A stretch of 63,990 nt of DNA, filler included, from Choristocarpus tenellus KU-1152 (GCA_964200185.2; 8 parts of 8 records of this genome joined end to end with filler, not necessarily neighbours in it); one strand, 5' to 3'; counted from the whole stretch's first letter, positions 40,904 to 53,967 are shown. A program made the numbers and translations. Notes: generated from the letters alone by a model not told the origin.

Positions 40904-41708
40904 ATTTTGAAGGCGTGGATACTTGGCCGATTGAGTATTGCCACAGGCAGGGGAAGTTAGGCCAATACTAGATATTCAAGTTGCAGCTCAGTACTGATAC
41001 ATGTCTATGAAACTCCAAAAACGAACACCAGTCATGGACCATCCTATAACACCTTCCATGGAGTGTCTAATTGGGACAAGTGGGACTTGTTCCTACAAGT
41101 GCTGAGAATCAAAAATGACTGGTCAATTTGTACTCCGTCAATATAAATTAAAAGGGAGAGGCATTCAACGCACTTCAAGTCCTCAATGTAGGTAGGTGCA
41201 GTGGTACAAGGGAATAGGGGGTTGAACAGTGACTCCTGAGATACAGATGCGCTGCCAATGTCCAAGCAATCACTGATTGACGGCAAGAGACAACCGCTTT
41301 CTCATACTCTTTCATTCTCCTTGTCCATAATAAATCCAAAGGACTCTTGAAGCCTGTACTCCTGACGACACTATGCTCACAAATTACTTGTGTACTTTCA
41401 AGTACTAGCACCGCCACCTACAAGTACCACAAAAGAACTGAGCAGTTTATATCAGTCCACCGTGAACAATCACAGAGTACACACTTCAACGGACGCTGAA
41501 CTAACATACATGGAAGTGCAGTGCAGTCAACAGTCAAAAAGGGGGGATGAAAAAAAAGAAGAAATACAAAGCGCGTATCTATGAGGTGTACCCTCACCTG
41601 ACACCGGAACAAAATAAATAAATAGACAACTAACAGCAGTCCCTGGGACGAAGGGGGAAACCCCGGGGGAAAAACAACACGTATAAATACACACTCTCAC
41701 AAACACAC

Positions 41709-44700
41709 CCGTGTTGTTGTCATCCCCTGCAGTGCTCCGGGAGCTGCCCTGTAGACCTTCCACCAAGATCTTTGCACCCTTTCCCACTTCCTTCAGGCGA
41801 TCTCCAATCTCCCCTAGGCGAAGGTGGGCAATCTCCATGAAGGTCCTTGCCTCCCCTGGACACCTTCTACCCTTGTCCAGTCGAAGGTAACAGTCATCAG
41901 CTACAGACATATCCATCCTCACCAGTCCCTTCACTCGCTCGAGCAGACCTAGGGCCTTGACCTCCAGTGCAGGGCGGTCCTCCTGTGTACCTCTCAACAC
42001 TATTGCCCCTGATCCAACAACGCCCTTGATTCCGACCCTCCTTCGATAGTAATGAAAAAATATGCAAATTTTGCACGACGTTATTTGCAGAATGAATGTG
42101 AGCACCAACATCCAGGAAGGGGAAGAAGGGGGGGTTGTGTCGAGGTTGGGTTGAGTCTCTCTGCCTGCTCACTTGCACTGAAGAGGTAGATACTAGCGGG
42201 CAGCGCCTTCTTGGGTGTAGTTTGACACATATAGTAGATAATGAAAGTCACCCGTTGAAAAAAAAAAAGGCTAACGCTGACCACAATCCTGTTTTTTTTC
42301 TTTCTTACGAGTGCTGAGGATGAAGGAGACTACATTCAGCAGGGTACAGCAGCACAACAACACTCATCAGAAAGAGATGCACTCCACGAGCAGGTTCCGA
42401 TTGCCAATAGTGAAAATATCAAAACCCAACAAGAACTACTACCGACATGCAGAAACACGACAACTTCATCTCTTGGGCTCCCTCGAACCCTCCAACAACT
42501 ATTGTAGAGAGGTGGAAGCACAAGCTGTACTCACTTTCCAACCTCAGCCAGCTCAGCCTCCAGCGCTGGCAAGTCCTTCCCCAGCATTCTATCCAAAAGA
42601 CCTGAAAGAGCCTCGAGCAGCGCCTCTCGGTCTGTGACCCCCTTGTACGGATTAGGAATGTCTGTTGGAAGCTGCCTCGCATGTCTCTCTCCTTCCGGCA
42701 TCAAGAAGAGACCAGGTTCCTTGGGCAAGCCACTGCGCACACCACCGGAGGTGAACGCGTTGGCATCAATGGTGGAAGCATCGCCACCATCAAGCACACC
42801 ATGTGAATCAGAGTCCAAAGAGCTAAAGTCTGATCCAGAAACATCCTCTGACCCTGCCCTGGACCCATCGAACTGGTCCCAACCCTGGCGCTTGGCACCA
42901 CGGTCCGTCCCCTGAACCCTATCTCCATCAGAGCTCCACCTACTGGATCTCCTCGAGCCACTACTGTCGCCTTCCTCCTCTGAAGAAAACCCGACAAAAA
43001 TGGGCAGTTCACTGCTTCGACCACAGTTCTGTCTCACTCCTGCCCCACTCCTTTCTGGGCCCCTGCTCCTATCAAGATTGGTATGAACTCTACAACGGTG
43101 TTTTCCCCCTCTGTCACTGCCTCCACTGCCAACGCTGCTGCCATCATTCCAGCTCCAAGCCACCTCTTCCTCTGACTCATCCTCAACACTGACACGCCTC
43201 CGACGACGGCGCTTCGCGGACGAATAACTGCCTCCATAATCTACAACGCCTCCCCCCCCCCCTGCTCTTCCTCTGCTGGCCGCATCACCCGCCCCGCTCT
43301 CCTTGGTCGTCACTCCTGCCAATGCTGAAGCGGGTGCATAAAAGGGAGGATCTGCGAAAAAAGCATCTCCCGGCTGGACATGATTGCAGTGCAGGATGAA
43401 CGACGAGCATCCAGGGATCTTGCACCTCCCCATAGTTTGACGCTTGCGGCCTCCTTCCCCTATTTTGGCAGGGTGAACATGACGGGGATCAATGCCCTTC
43501 TCCCGGACGTGCTCAACATGGTAGCGCACATCTATCCTACCTTCTGGGCTCGGTTCGACATACAACACACGACCAATTCCTCCAAACTGTCTTCGCCCAT
43601 TGGAGGTTCGTCGTTCCACTTCCACCAGATCACCAACGCATGGGCGCCATGGCTTTTCCCCCACCCCCTTACCCTGCACGGCCACTTCCCTGCCCTTATC
43701 GTGCTCTCCTGAACCCTCCTTGCCTCGTGCGCCTTCCAAGTCCTCCTCACTCATCCCCTCTTTCTCAACTCGCCTGCTGTTACTCCTCGCCTCGCCTGTG
43801 CTTTGATTGCCAATGCCACTAGCGTCCTTTAGCGTTCCAAGGTTCGAACTCGCACCTCTTAACGGTCCCACATCACCATGAGCCTCAACTGACTTGTTAT
43901 TGATACTAACGTCCATTGGGTCACCAACTACTGCTCCTTTCGAGAAATCTTGCGTGTTGTGCACACCCCTGCTCCAGCTGTCCTCCTCCTTTGCCTCCTC
44001 CACTTCTCCCTGAGGCTGTTTTTTTTGCTGCTGCTCCTCGTGTTCCTCGGTGACTCCCCTACACTCTGATGTCCCAACCGCCTTTTCATTTTCAGCACCT
44101 ACGAACTCTTGACTGTCAACCCTCTCAATATCCTGCTCTTGGGGCTTTTCTCCACACCTGTCACTTTGGATTGGATGCATAAGCTGAGGCTGTGCATTAC
44201 AAAGATTACCCTCTCCAATTGCAGACTGAGTCTGAGCTTCGGCCTGTTTTGGAGCATCTACAAGGCCCTCATGTGATGATCCGCGGTGCTCAACCCCCAT
44301 CCTTCTGGAATCAGTCCTCTCTTCTCCCCCACACCTCCCCTGAGGCCCGCCTTCTATCTCCCCACTGTCCTGAGACTGGCCTTCATTCTTACGTTGCATC
44401 TGCAAACGATTTGCTTCCCCATCTCTCCCAGCTCCTTCCTCTTCTCTCCCGAGGTGTCCCTGCTCCTGTCCCTGCCCCTGCTGCTGCATTTGCCTCTCCT
44501 GCTGTACCTTCCTGGACCCCAGTGGCTCTGGCTGTTTTCCATGAGCTTGATCTGGCATCTCCCAGGATTCCCTATCCGTATTTCGCGGATTGTCAGGAGA
44601 GTTCCTCCAGGCTCCATAGCAGGTGCAGTCCGTTACAAAACTGTTACAAAACGTGCACCGTGGGGTGCTACTCCGACGGGATCCCTCACCCTTTGGAATC

Positions 44701-45987
44701 AACGAGATGGAAATGGCAGTGGGAGTTTCTAGCTGTCAACTTGAGAAGGGTGACCAACATGCATGGTTTGTGCAGCAGGGGGCAAGATAATTTACATTTG
44801 ATTAATGCGGAACAGATGATACAGCCAAGTCTGCCTCCATTTCCTCCCAGTCAGTATCACGTACGCTTATCTTGGTGTGATGCCATATTTGCATTTCTTT
44901 CTTCCTCCCCTTACCATTGTCATTCTCCGCACAAAGCACCCGTCAACGCCCCTCTCTGTCCCACCAGAGACCATGTATTTGATATCATAGAAGTGCTGTG
45001 GGAGAACCCTCACAACCTTACCCGTACCACCTTCCTTCCTCTCACTCTGACACCTTTAGCACAGACAGGACAAGTATGGGGAAATCGATCATAAAAACCA
45101 CACACAAATGCCATTACGTAGGTTTTCAGACCCCAGTGATCTACATATGCGGGAACTGGGTTGTACTTCCCTTCATTGAGCGGTTTACAACCATGAGAAG
45201 AATAAGAGGAAAACTCGACACAGTCATTGCCGTCCCAAAAAGAAAACAGAGACAAATGTTAGGGAGTTAAAGACCTAATTCATACAATATGCAATCAAAC
45301 TTGCATTATCTGGACGATGGCACAGTGGTTAAGATTACCCGTGCACGTCGCCCTTTCCAAAAGCAGCGACATTACAATCTCGCAAGGTTTCGGGTGTTTA
45401 CGGCGACATCACCTCCTTGCCACCTCCACAATGTCTCCCTCCACAAGATTCTCGAGATCGCCTTGACAAAGCTTATCCAAATTCCTTCTCACGTAAAGTG
45501 GGTCCTCATTCCGCAAGTAACGTCTGACATATTCGAGCCTTCCTTGTTGCAACTCGAAGTCTTGGTTAGTCATTTCCCTACAAGAAGGTCGACTTGAGTC
45601 CAATCCCTCTCTCATCTCTGTAATCATCGCCAGGGATTCATCTTCTATAGAACTGTGCAATCTTTTTTCTTGTCGATGTCCTTTGCCTCGGCCACATTCT
45701 GGCGAACTTGACTCTTCTGTATGGATGACTTGGTCACCAGTGGTGAGGTTATCAGGTGCAGTCAATTGCGTTAGAGAGTCCTGGACCATATCGTATCTCG
45801 CACGTCTGTCACCATCGATTTTTATTTTCTTAAGAGGAGCATTGATATGAATTCCCTGCGTGGACTCCTCCTTGTCCTTCTTCCAAGCTGAAATGAGTTG
45901 TGACCCATCAGAAAGTGTCTTCTCACTCTCAGGCATTGGCAATAATGAATTTGAACTGTTCTCCTCTCCTCGAACTCCTTTTCTCAA
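41709..45987 (-). CDS. Large hypothetical protein with two Tudor/SH3-like plus Cys/His modules; exons about 45987-45413, 45053-44915, 44732-42535, 42040-41709; both ends uncertain
   Basis: 723-aa ORF plus phase-consistent flanking exons; internal duplication of GD(I/L)VEV.RR..GG.G(K/R)V..D(I/V)(K/R)Y..E(R/K)G(V/I)D. Confidence 0.8.
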
Positions 45988-46295
45988 ACCATTAAGTCAT
46001 ATCCATAGAACACATTCAGCAACATTAGAAGGACAAGCACCACCAGGCCTTATCCGTGACATCTCAGTGGTGACCGTGGGATCCTGGTCATGCACTCGAT
46101 CAACTCTCACTATTCTGTTATCCTTTTTTGGGTGTATAGTTTAAAAATGAGAAAATTAAAATATTTTTTGGATTGTGGACATGTATTATCAATGCTACAT
46201 CGTTTACACTTGCTTCCTCTCTATAATATCGTATAGCCTGGAGGTCAGCTGGGGAGTTGTTGGAGTCGGTAGTGACTGGGGTGAAGTTGGAAGGC

Positions 46296-47051
46296 ATGAG
46301 TACCGTGGGGGGCTCTGTCTCTACGGTAGGGGTGCGTGAGGCCGTCAAGAAGCTGTCCAGTCAATATAGTGGGAGTATCCAGGTAGGAGTTCAAATTTTG
46401 GGGGTCTACATCTCTCATCAAATATACCCCGAGTTCTGTAGTTGTATTTCTCTCGCATCCCTGACTACCATTATTCGAAACTAAACATTGCTATCTTTTG
46501 CATCGCCTTGCAGAAGTATGCTCCTCAGGCACTCAAGCAGGCGTTAGAAAGACAGCCAATCGATCTGACTGGATGGATAGACGGAGGCAGTGTGTATGGA
46601 ACCATCAAGGACCTGGCCCGCGAAAAGGTTTGATTGTCGGTGGTTATCTAGAAATTGAGACTTTTGTGCAATGAAGAGTCTGGAAAACGGTGTATAGTTG
46701 GTGCCTCGTTTCTTTTTCCTGAGCAAAGTTCGCCCAAGAAAATATGCCGCCCAATCCTGAGCTGAGGTAGGTTGAGTTCACAACATTGCTTGCCTGGCAG
46801 GAATGGATGGCAGCCCGCCATCAATTGAACCCATTAATACTAATGGCTGCTCGACCCCCCTTGCCTCTCTCCGCTAGCCCACTCCGCTAAGTCTACTTCA
46901 GCTCTATAGCTTCGGGAAGGACCCTCGACCAGAACAACGTCTGCTTAATGCCCGCTTTTTGCATCGAGAGCTCCCCGTGCGCATGAGTCAACGCGCGGTT
47001 GAGCTCATGAACCTGCCTCACGGCTTGTCAGAAGTCCCGGGGATCCAGCAG
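46296..47051 (+). CDS. PDK: Mitochondrial pyruvate/branched-chain keto-acid dehydrogenase kinase, 5' part; exons 46296-46382, 46514-46627, 46878-47051
   Basis: PTPLSLLQLYSFG..LLNARFLHRELPVRMSQRAVELMNLPHGL is the PDK/BCKDK N-terminal domain. The third exon is absent from the ORF track. Confidence 0.88.
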
Positions 47052-47274
47052 GTAATTAGAGAATCTGAGTCCTTTTCTAAGTACCTGTTGTTAAGTTGTA
47101 GTTGATGTAGCGACAACAGTTCCACCTATCGCCTTCGCTTGGAGACCCCTCCCCACCGCCGTAAGATTGCAGCCCTCCCCCCGACCCTATCCAAACTGTC
47201 CTGTGAATACTACGCCGTGCCTGTCCGTCGTTGCCCCCACTGGCACCCCGGTCACAAGACAGCAACAAGGGCTA

Positions 47275-47374
47275 NNNNNNNNNNNNNNNNNNNNNNNNNN
47301 NNNNNNNNNNNNNNNNNNTTAATTAATTAANNNNNNNNNNNNNNNNNNNNNNNNNNNNNNNNNNNNNNNNNNNN
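47275..47374. other. Artificial contig linker
   Basis: N44-TTAATTAATTAA-N44. Confidence 0.98.
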
Positions 47375-47542
47375 CCCCCCCCCATCCACGCCCTGACACT
47401 ATCCGACTTTTGCGTCAAGCTAAATTAAACAAAAAATACTATCGACGACAATAAAAAGTTACATTTCAAAAATTCTTCGACTATACGGTACTAGTTCATT
47501 ACCATCTATTATCTACACACAGCCTCACGCCCTAATTCTACC

Positions 47543-47574
47543 CCCAACCCCAACCCTAACCCTAACCCTAACCC
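47543..47574. repeat. Short interstitial (CCCTAA)n telomere-like tract, intronic
   Basis: cccaaccccaaccctaaccctaaccctaaccc; a shorter tract lies at about 7276-7292. Confidence 0.7.
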
Positions 47575-47582
47575 GATCCTAC

Positions 47583-48657
47583 CTGTAGAATCGTGCCCCC
47601 CCCACACCCAATAAACAGAAAGGTCTCTGCCGGATCTGTCACAATCGACCGCAAGAACGTGGGGCATGCCACTGAAAGCAGCAGCTGCCCAGAGAACGCC
47701 TCCCAGGCTTTAGCAGTACGATCCAACGAGGAGCTGTACACCCTGCCCCCAGCCTTGCCGCTGTGGACACATGTGACCGGGAGGGAGTGGTCGGATGCTG
47801 TCCAGGAGGAGCGCAAGGTCCTCTCGTTCTGTATCAGAGGAGGGGGGGGTGGGGGCGGAGTCAGGATGGGCACGTATATTTCAATTGAAGAGGCGATTTA
47901 ACACTTCAACCATGGTATTTATTGGTTGCAGGGGAAGGGGCAAGGCAAACGCGTTTTTTTTATTATTATTTGCTCTACCGGCGATGTGCTTCATGAGATC
48001 AAATGTTATACACAGGATATATACACACTTGGCAGGCGTTATTTGAGAACCGTGGATCGTGTGCGTTTTCATACTGTGTGCTGTACTGTTCGATCCGGTA
48101 GGGGTACTGCACGATCAGATCATTCGTGCATTATCAAATACTGCCTTACCCTACAAGACCATGCACAAAAGCTATACAGTATATGCATTACGTTTTTAAA
48201 CACAACATATACTCAGAACAAACATTATATACAAAGGTGCACACGCATACACAAACACACACAAATATATATATACAAACATCAAGAACGTACCACTTTC
48301 AGATACTTTGTGTCAAAAGATTATCCTCATTGTAGGGAATTACTTCGTCAATTTAAGGCACTGCTCCTTGATATCCAATCCCATCCAATCCAATCCAATC
48401 AATTGCAGAACATTCCGAGATCGGAACCAAAACCTCCTTATTCTTGGACTCTTTTTGTCCTTTCTTAGAGTGTGCAAACTGCATAATCTGTTCGCTTTGA
48501 CCTTCCCGGCAGCAAGAGGCACTTTGTGCGTTTGTGTATTCTTCTTGACTCAATAACTTCTTTTTCTTATCAAATCATCAGTTCGTTTCGATCCCATCTA
48601 CAAAAAAATTGTGATGTATTCTTCTGATTCACGTCACACACACGCAGGCACACGCAG

Positions 48658-48690
<33 letters not shown>

Positions 48691-51600
48691 GTTTTCAAGA
48701 AGTTTTACTAGTTGAAAAAATAAAAATGTAGAAAAACTATGAATACCACCACCGCAATAAAATAGGAAAAAAAAAAAAAACTCTCTCAAGCCTTTACTGA
48801 GACATACCGACATGCTGCAGTTGACACAGTCAACACATCTCACTGTCACATAGACTGATCATCGACTCAAACTTCAAACTATACCATTTGACATTGCCTG
48901 TGAAGACCACCTGCATTCAAGTAGGACTTGCTACACGATAGTGAAGGGACTGCAATAGAGGTCTTCAAGTGCACCAAACCAAACCAAACCACACCACACC
49001 GTATAAAAAACAAACAAACAAACAAGAGTGGTAGTAAGACAGAAGGCTGCAGCAAGGGTACAATGGCACGCCTGTCTCAGAATGTAGTTTGATTGAGGGG
49101 GGTGATGAGTGATCGATGATTTTACAACGACAATCGAAACAGCAACGGTTCATTTTGATATTTTCAAGGAGGTTCCTGGGTCAATGCATCCTCTCGACCA
49201 AAAAGGAGAACATTTTTATCCGCCCAGGAAAAACACAATGGACCAGTCTAGTCTTCCGGCCAGCCCGGTTCTAGTGTTCTTCTGATGTATCCGGACCAGG
49301 TTCTCCCAAGCATTGGAACCTGTCCAAACAACAACTGTACGAACAGTTTTCATGTTCTTCTGACATATCTGGACCAGGACCACCAAGGGATTAGAATCTG
49401 CCTGGTCCGTGGGCTGGACAGGTTCAATTTTCTATCTACAAGTCCGGACCAGAGAACATCGGAGACTGTATTGGGACTGGGTCATGGACCAGTCTGTGCC
49501 CTCGTTATAAAATAGACAATACATAAATAGCACCGTCTGATCTCAATTGGACTGGTCACAACAGTACCACACACAAGGGAAGAGTGTGACTGAAGAGATG
49601 TATAAATAACACACTTTTTTCCCATGTGCATTTTGAATCATTTGGCACGTAAATGACTAGGCCAAGATGGTACTTCCGGAAAACAATGCTCCATGGTCAT
49701 CTTCTCCTTCAATATGGTCAGCCCAAGGGTCGGCTCAGTACCATGCACTTAACAGTGCCAGTCCATGGCCATCAACCGTTTCAACATGCTCAGGCCACAC
49801 ACAGGCCGTCCCTCAGTCATGGGCCAGACCCTGGTTAAGACCGACACATGTGGTATCCAAAGCAAACTACGCAATTTACACAGGTGTTTCACCTGCATTT
49901 TCTTGCTAATGTAAGAAAAATCAGATCTCTGATCCAAAAACAGGATCACGTTGATCTGCTTGTCTACCCTATAACCCTAACATCCGAAACACTCCTCCCA
50001 TTGAAGGAAAAAAAAAAGATCGATGAAACCATCAAGGTCCTACACATGCCTCAGCAGTAGTTCAACCAGGGATTAAAATATATATATATATATATATATG
50101 AACATATTCAACACAGCAATTTGCACTCGGACACACAAAAAAATCCACGCTTTACAAAACACACGCTGTGAATTGTCAAAAGACACTTTTCTCGTGCATA
50201 ATCCCAACAAAACCTGAATACTACTACCGAATCTGATCTGTGATATCCTAGTTTAGTCAGTAAACAGTACTAGACAACACACATTCATGTGTATATATAT
50301 GAATAACCATGATACTGAGGAGGATGGCCATTAGTTTGAACTATTTTATCACAATCTAGCAACCCACCTTGTTCTGCCCCTCAGAATCCACCATGTCCAA
50401 GGAGTTCCATGAAGATAGCATGGCGTCCTCTCCTCCAGAATACAGGAAACAACCATCTGGGCTGAACTGCAAGGTCGATACCGCCTTCACAACAGATATG
50501 TAAAGTGGAAAAGTATGATCAAGTAAGCATAAAGGACGGAAGGAAGGAGAGCAAAGGTTATGTTGTATCAAACATAACAACCGGGAATATCAAGATACCA
50601 ATACTATACAAGAGGGGCAGAGCGAATCTCGTACTCTGCAGTACAGTGCTATTGAGTACCTAATACTATCGATATCATTATTGTCACAAAACTAGCATCC
50701 TTAAGAAAAAGACAAAAGTAAGATCGTACACGTATTATCGATATCAACAATAACAAACAAAAACTTCTTAAACAAACAATAACAAAAAAAATCCCTTTTC
50801 CTTAACGCACAATTTTTTTTTCTTTCTTTCAAAGTTTGGAAACCGAATACACTTATCCATTTATTCTATGCACACATATTTGTCACGTAGAACAACAATA
50901 GAGAGCTTAACATTTACAGCATTAACCACCTTCGTACAAATAGTCACTCTCACAACCAAGAGAGGACTGGCACCAATAACATATCAAGGTGAGGTTGTGG
51001 ATTAAGAGAGGGGAAACTTGTCCAGGTATCGAGATACCACTGTACCACCAGGGCAGTCACTCGTGTGTGTGACCACCCTGCCACCGTGGATCCTCAATAT
51101 CTGCACACAGCCAGAAGTTGCGGGTGCGAACCCTGAACGGATCTCACTTTCCTGACTCTCTGAAATATCACGGAGAGGATAAGGGGCAAGGCACTACATC
51201 GGGGTTGCCATTATGTTCGCAAAAGATGATACCCCATAATATGTGGTAAGATCACCTCAACAGCAGGGCCAAAAGTGGTCACGATGGAGAGTTTGGTTTT
51301 CAGAGTAGAGTTGGACTTGGGATTTGATGACTCATCACTGGAAGGATGTGGGGGGGAAGGGAGCTAGGGGAGGGGGGGGGGGGGGGGGGGGTAAACATTT
51401 TTTTTGAAACCAAANNNNNNNNNNGCGGGTAGGTCTGCGGGTGTGGGGGGGGGGGCAGTTCAACACTTTTTTCGATACCCAATACTGCGCAATAAAGCAC
51501 GGCGTGTTTAGAGCAAAATAATTGAAAATTGTAATGTTCCAGATAGGATGAAGGAGGGCAGCAAAGAGCGTGTGCCCTTTGTTCATTGTCCATGTTGGGT

Positions 51601-52941
51601 GGGTGCGCTCGCTCCCCCTTCCAGTCCATCGCACTGTCCATTGCCCCAAGAACATCACACAGAAAGTAAGAACATGAAACACGCATGTCTTTAGGTGGCT
51701 GTTCGAATGGGCGCTGCCAGGTATAAAATGACTATGGCACGAACACCCTTTCAAACAGTCAAATTGCATGGGGAAAAGGGGGCACTGCTCGGAGGGCTTG
51801 AAACGGTCTTGAATAAAAAAAGCCTCTTGCGAAATCAAAAGAGGAATAGAAGTGCAGACAGAAATTGGAAGCAAGCCAACGTATTTCAGGCTTTCCACCC
51901 AGGGGCCAAATCTCCACCCCCCTCCCCCCCCCCCAAACTTCAACACTTCCTCACGATCAAGTTGGGGGGAAGCTTAGACCCTTATCGCAACGAGTTGGGC
52001 GCAACGTGACACCCACGGTCCTTTTTCTGAAGTGGTACACCCACCCGGAAGTTGAATACCCAGGTTTCTGCACAGATACTCTAATCGATGATCACAACTT
52101 CCTAATGATCTCAACTCACTAAAAATTACAATACACTATACTGATCACAAGGCACTCACGATACAATATTAACCTCATCTACCTCTTGCAAAGTTTTTCA
52201 AACCTAACGTACACAAAGGGGACTGGGGATGACATTGAAGTTATCCGGATGTGGCTTTGGGATGGTAAGGTCGGGTTGCGGGGTGGGGGGGTGGGGGCAA
52301 TGGTGTAGTAACATGTGAGTAAGCTGTATCACTTCCTACTTAATGGATGCAGCAACGGGAGATTCTAGGGAGGATAAACCGAACATTTCGTGCATGGGCG
52401 GGGGATATTGACACACACTTTTCATTTCAGAGGGGATTTGGGTGCTTAGAGGCCAAGATGTCAAATACACAAGGCTACTACTCCTGGTACTTATATATAT
52501 ACATATATATACATGAGATGGGGTTTTGCCCATACACATTTGCACATATGCATTGAAGTGTTGCCAGCGTGCCAATCAACTATATCGCACATGTTCCCAT
52601 TCCCCTGAATGCAAGCAACAAGTGCCGAAGAGAAATGACTCGTGAAAAGGGATTTCCAACACCTTGGTAGGTCTTCCAACACACAGTATTTGAAATTTCA
52701 TCACACCTTCACAGGGTGCCGTCTATCATACGCAAGCACGTAACATTTGTATTTATGTTTTGGTTTGGGGGGTTTGGGTAGAATGGGGGTATGGAGGCAG
52801 GGGGAGGGGGCACATGCACGGATTGTTAATCCTGATTTGCCTTATAGTGAGCATCCCAGCCTCTAAGAAGCGCCCCGCTGGCTACCTCCCACAGGTAGAT
52901 GCGTCCAGAGCCCCCTCCACCAGCACAGAGCGAACCATCGC
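47583..52941 (-). CDS. WDR18: WD-repeat protein 18 / IPI3, internal exons 52941-52841, 50484-50368, 47828-47583
   Basis: GRIYLWEVASGALLRGWDAHYK|AVSTLQFSPDG..SGGED; DHSLPVT..GRVYSSSLDRTAKAWE..DPAE. Confidence 0.88.
48635..48686. repeat. (CA)n microsatellite
   Basis: Directly visible. Confidence 0.9.
49241..49557. mobile_element. Possible degenerate TIR element rich in ggaccag/ctggtcc motifs, in a WDR18 intron
   Basis: Ends gaccagtcta / tggactggtc; direct repeat tgttcttctga..tatc.ggaccagg; inverted pair gaacctgtcca / tggacaggttc. Confidence 0.4.
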
Positions 52942-53351
52942 CTAGAAGAGAGAGAGAGAGAGAGAGGGAGGCAGGGGAGGCAGGAGGTTTGTTGGTGGTT
53001 TGTTGGTGTTTGCACATTACTCTCGCCTATCACTTTCTTACGTCCGATACCTGAAAGTTTGTGAATTGCCACATCAAGAGATGTCCCTATTTAAGTGAGA
53101 GACTTGTAGGGCATAGAGTCCAATGTTTCAATCTAACCACACCTCTAAGTGCAATGGCTGTGTTGGTTGGGTCTTGTTGTGAAAAATGCCTTCACGGCAA
53201 AGAAATCCACCGTGATGAAACACAACACACACACTATTGAGTGCAATTAGTGTAATACAATCAGGAGTGCTCTAAAATGCCAGTTTAGAGCACACCAAAA
53301 GGAGAAAATCAACAGAGCAGGAGGAACTCAAGCAAAATATCGATTAGCATC

Positions 53352-53567
53352 TGAACTCTGTCGAAACGTGAGCTGTATGCACTCCACTGAAGTGGGGTGC
53401 AACCCTGAACATCAGATTTGAAAAAAATTGAAAACAGTGCATATTGTTCGTGAGGTGTTTGAACTCTGTCGAAACGTGAGCTGTATGCACTCCACTGAAG
53501 TGGGGTGCAACCCTGAACATCAGATTTGAAAAAAATTGAAAACAGTGCATATTTTTCGTGAGGTGTT
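53352..53567. repeat. 108-bp tandem duplication, 2 copies, 1 mismatch
   Basis: Units 53352-53459 and 53460-53567. Confidence 0.95.
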
Positions 53568-53696
53568 GATCATCAGATTGAGATGTGTGTCTAAAACCAT
53601 TTCGGGGGACTGACAAGATTACCTGTCTATGAATCATACACTGTATAAACTGCTCTACCATAAGCAAAACATCCAAAAGGGGACAGGTCTGGGGGG

Positions 53697-53796
53697 NNNN
53701 NNNNNNNNNNNNNNNNNNNNNNNNNNNNNNNNNNNNNNNNTTAATTAATTAANNNNNNNNNNNNNNNNNNNNNNNNNNNNNNNNNNNNNNNNNNNN
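53697..53796. other. Artificial contig linker
   Basis: N44-TTAATTAATTAA-N44. Confidence 0.98.
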
Positions 53797-53800
53797 CAAC

Positions 53801-53967
53801 GGTAAACAGAGCAGATGGGAGTGTTTTACACGAACAACTTGCTTGAACTAACTACTGGACGAAGGAGGCATCATCAATGAATCAATGTTGATGATGCCTC
53901 CTTCGTCCAGTAGTTAGTTCAAGAAAGTTGTTCGTGTGTCTGTTGAACTCCTCATAACATGCTTACC
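53801..53967. ncRNA. Long foldback, candidate miRNA/hairpin-RNA precursor
   Basis: 50-nt arms 53828-53877 / 53888-53937 with 1 mismatch, a 10-nt loop and an imperfect basal stem. The inverted repeat is certain; the RNA function is not. Confidence 0.45.

Noticed and set aside
44192-45094. 300-aa plus-strand ORF (also 36825..37529)
   Set aside because: Antisense to well-supported minus-strand exons, with no domain signal.
47543-47574. Telomere
   Set aside because: Only about 3 perfect units, inside an intron, with ordinary sequence on both sides.
53267-53293. 10-bp hairpin as a terminator or Helitron end (also 25561-25593 and 40090-40118)
   Set aside because: No adjacent CTRR terminus, and intrinsic terminators do not apply to a nuclear genome.
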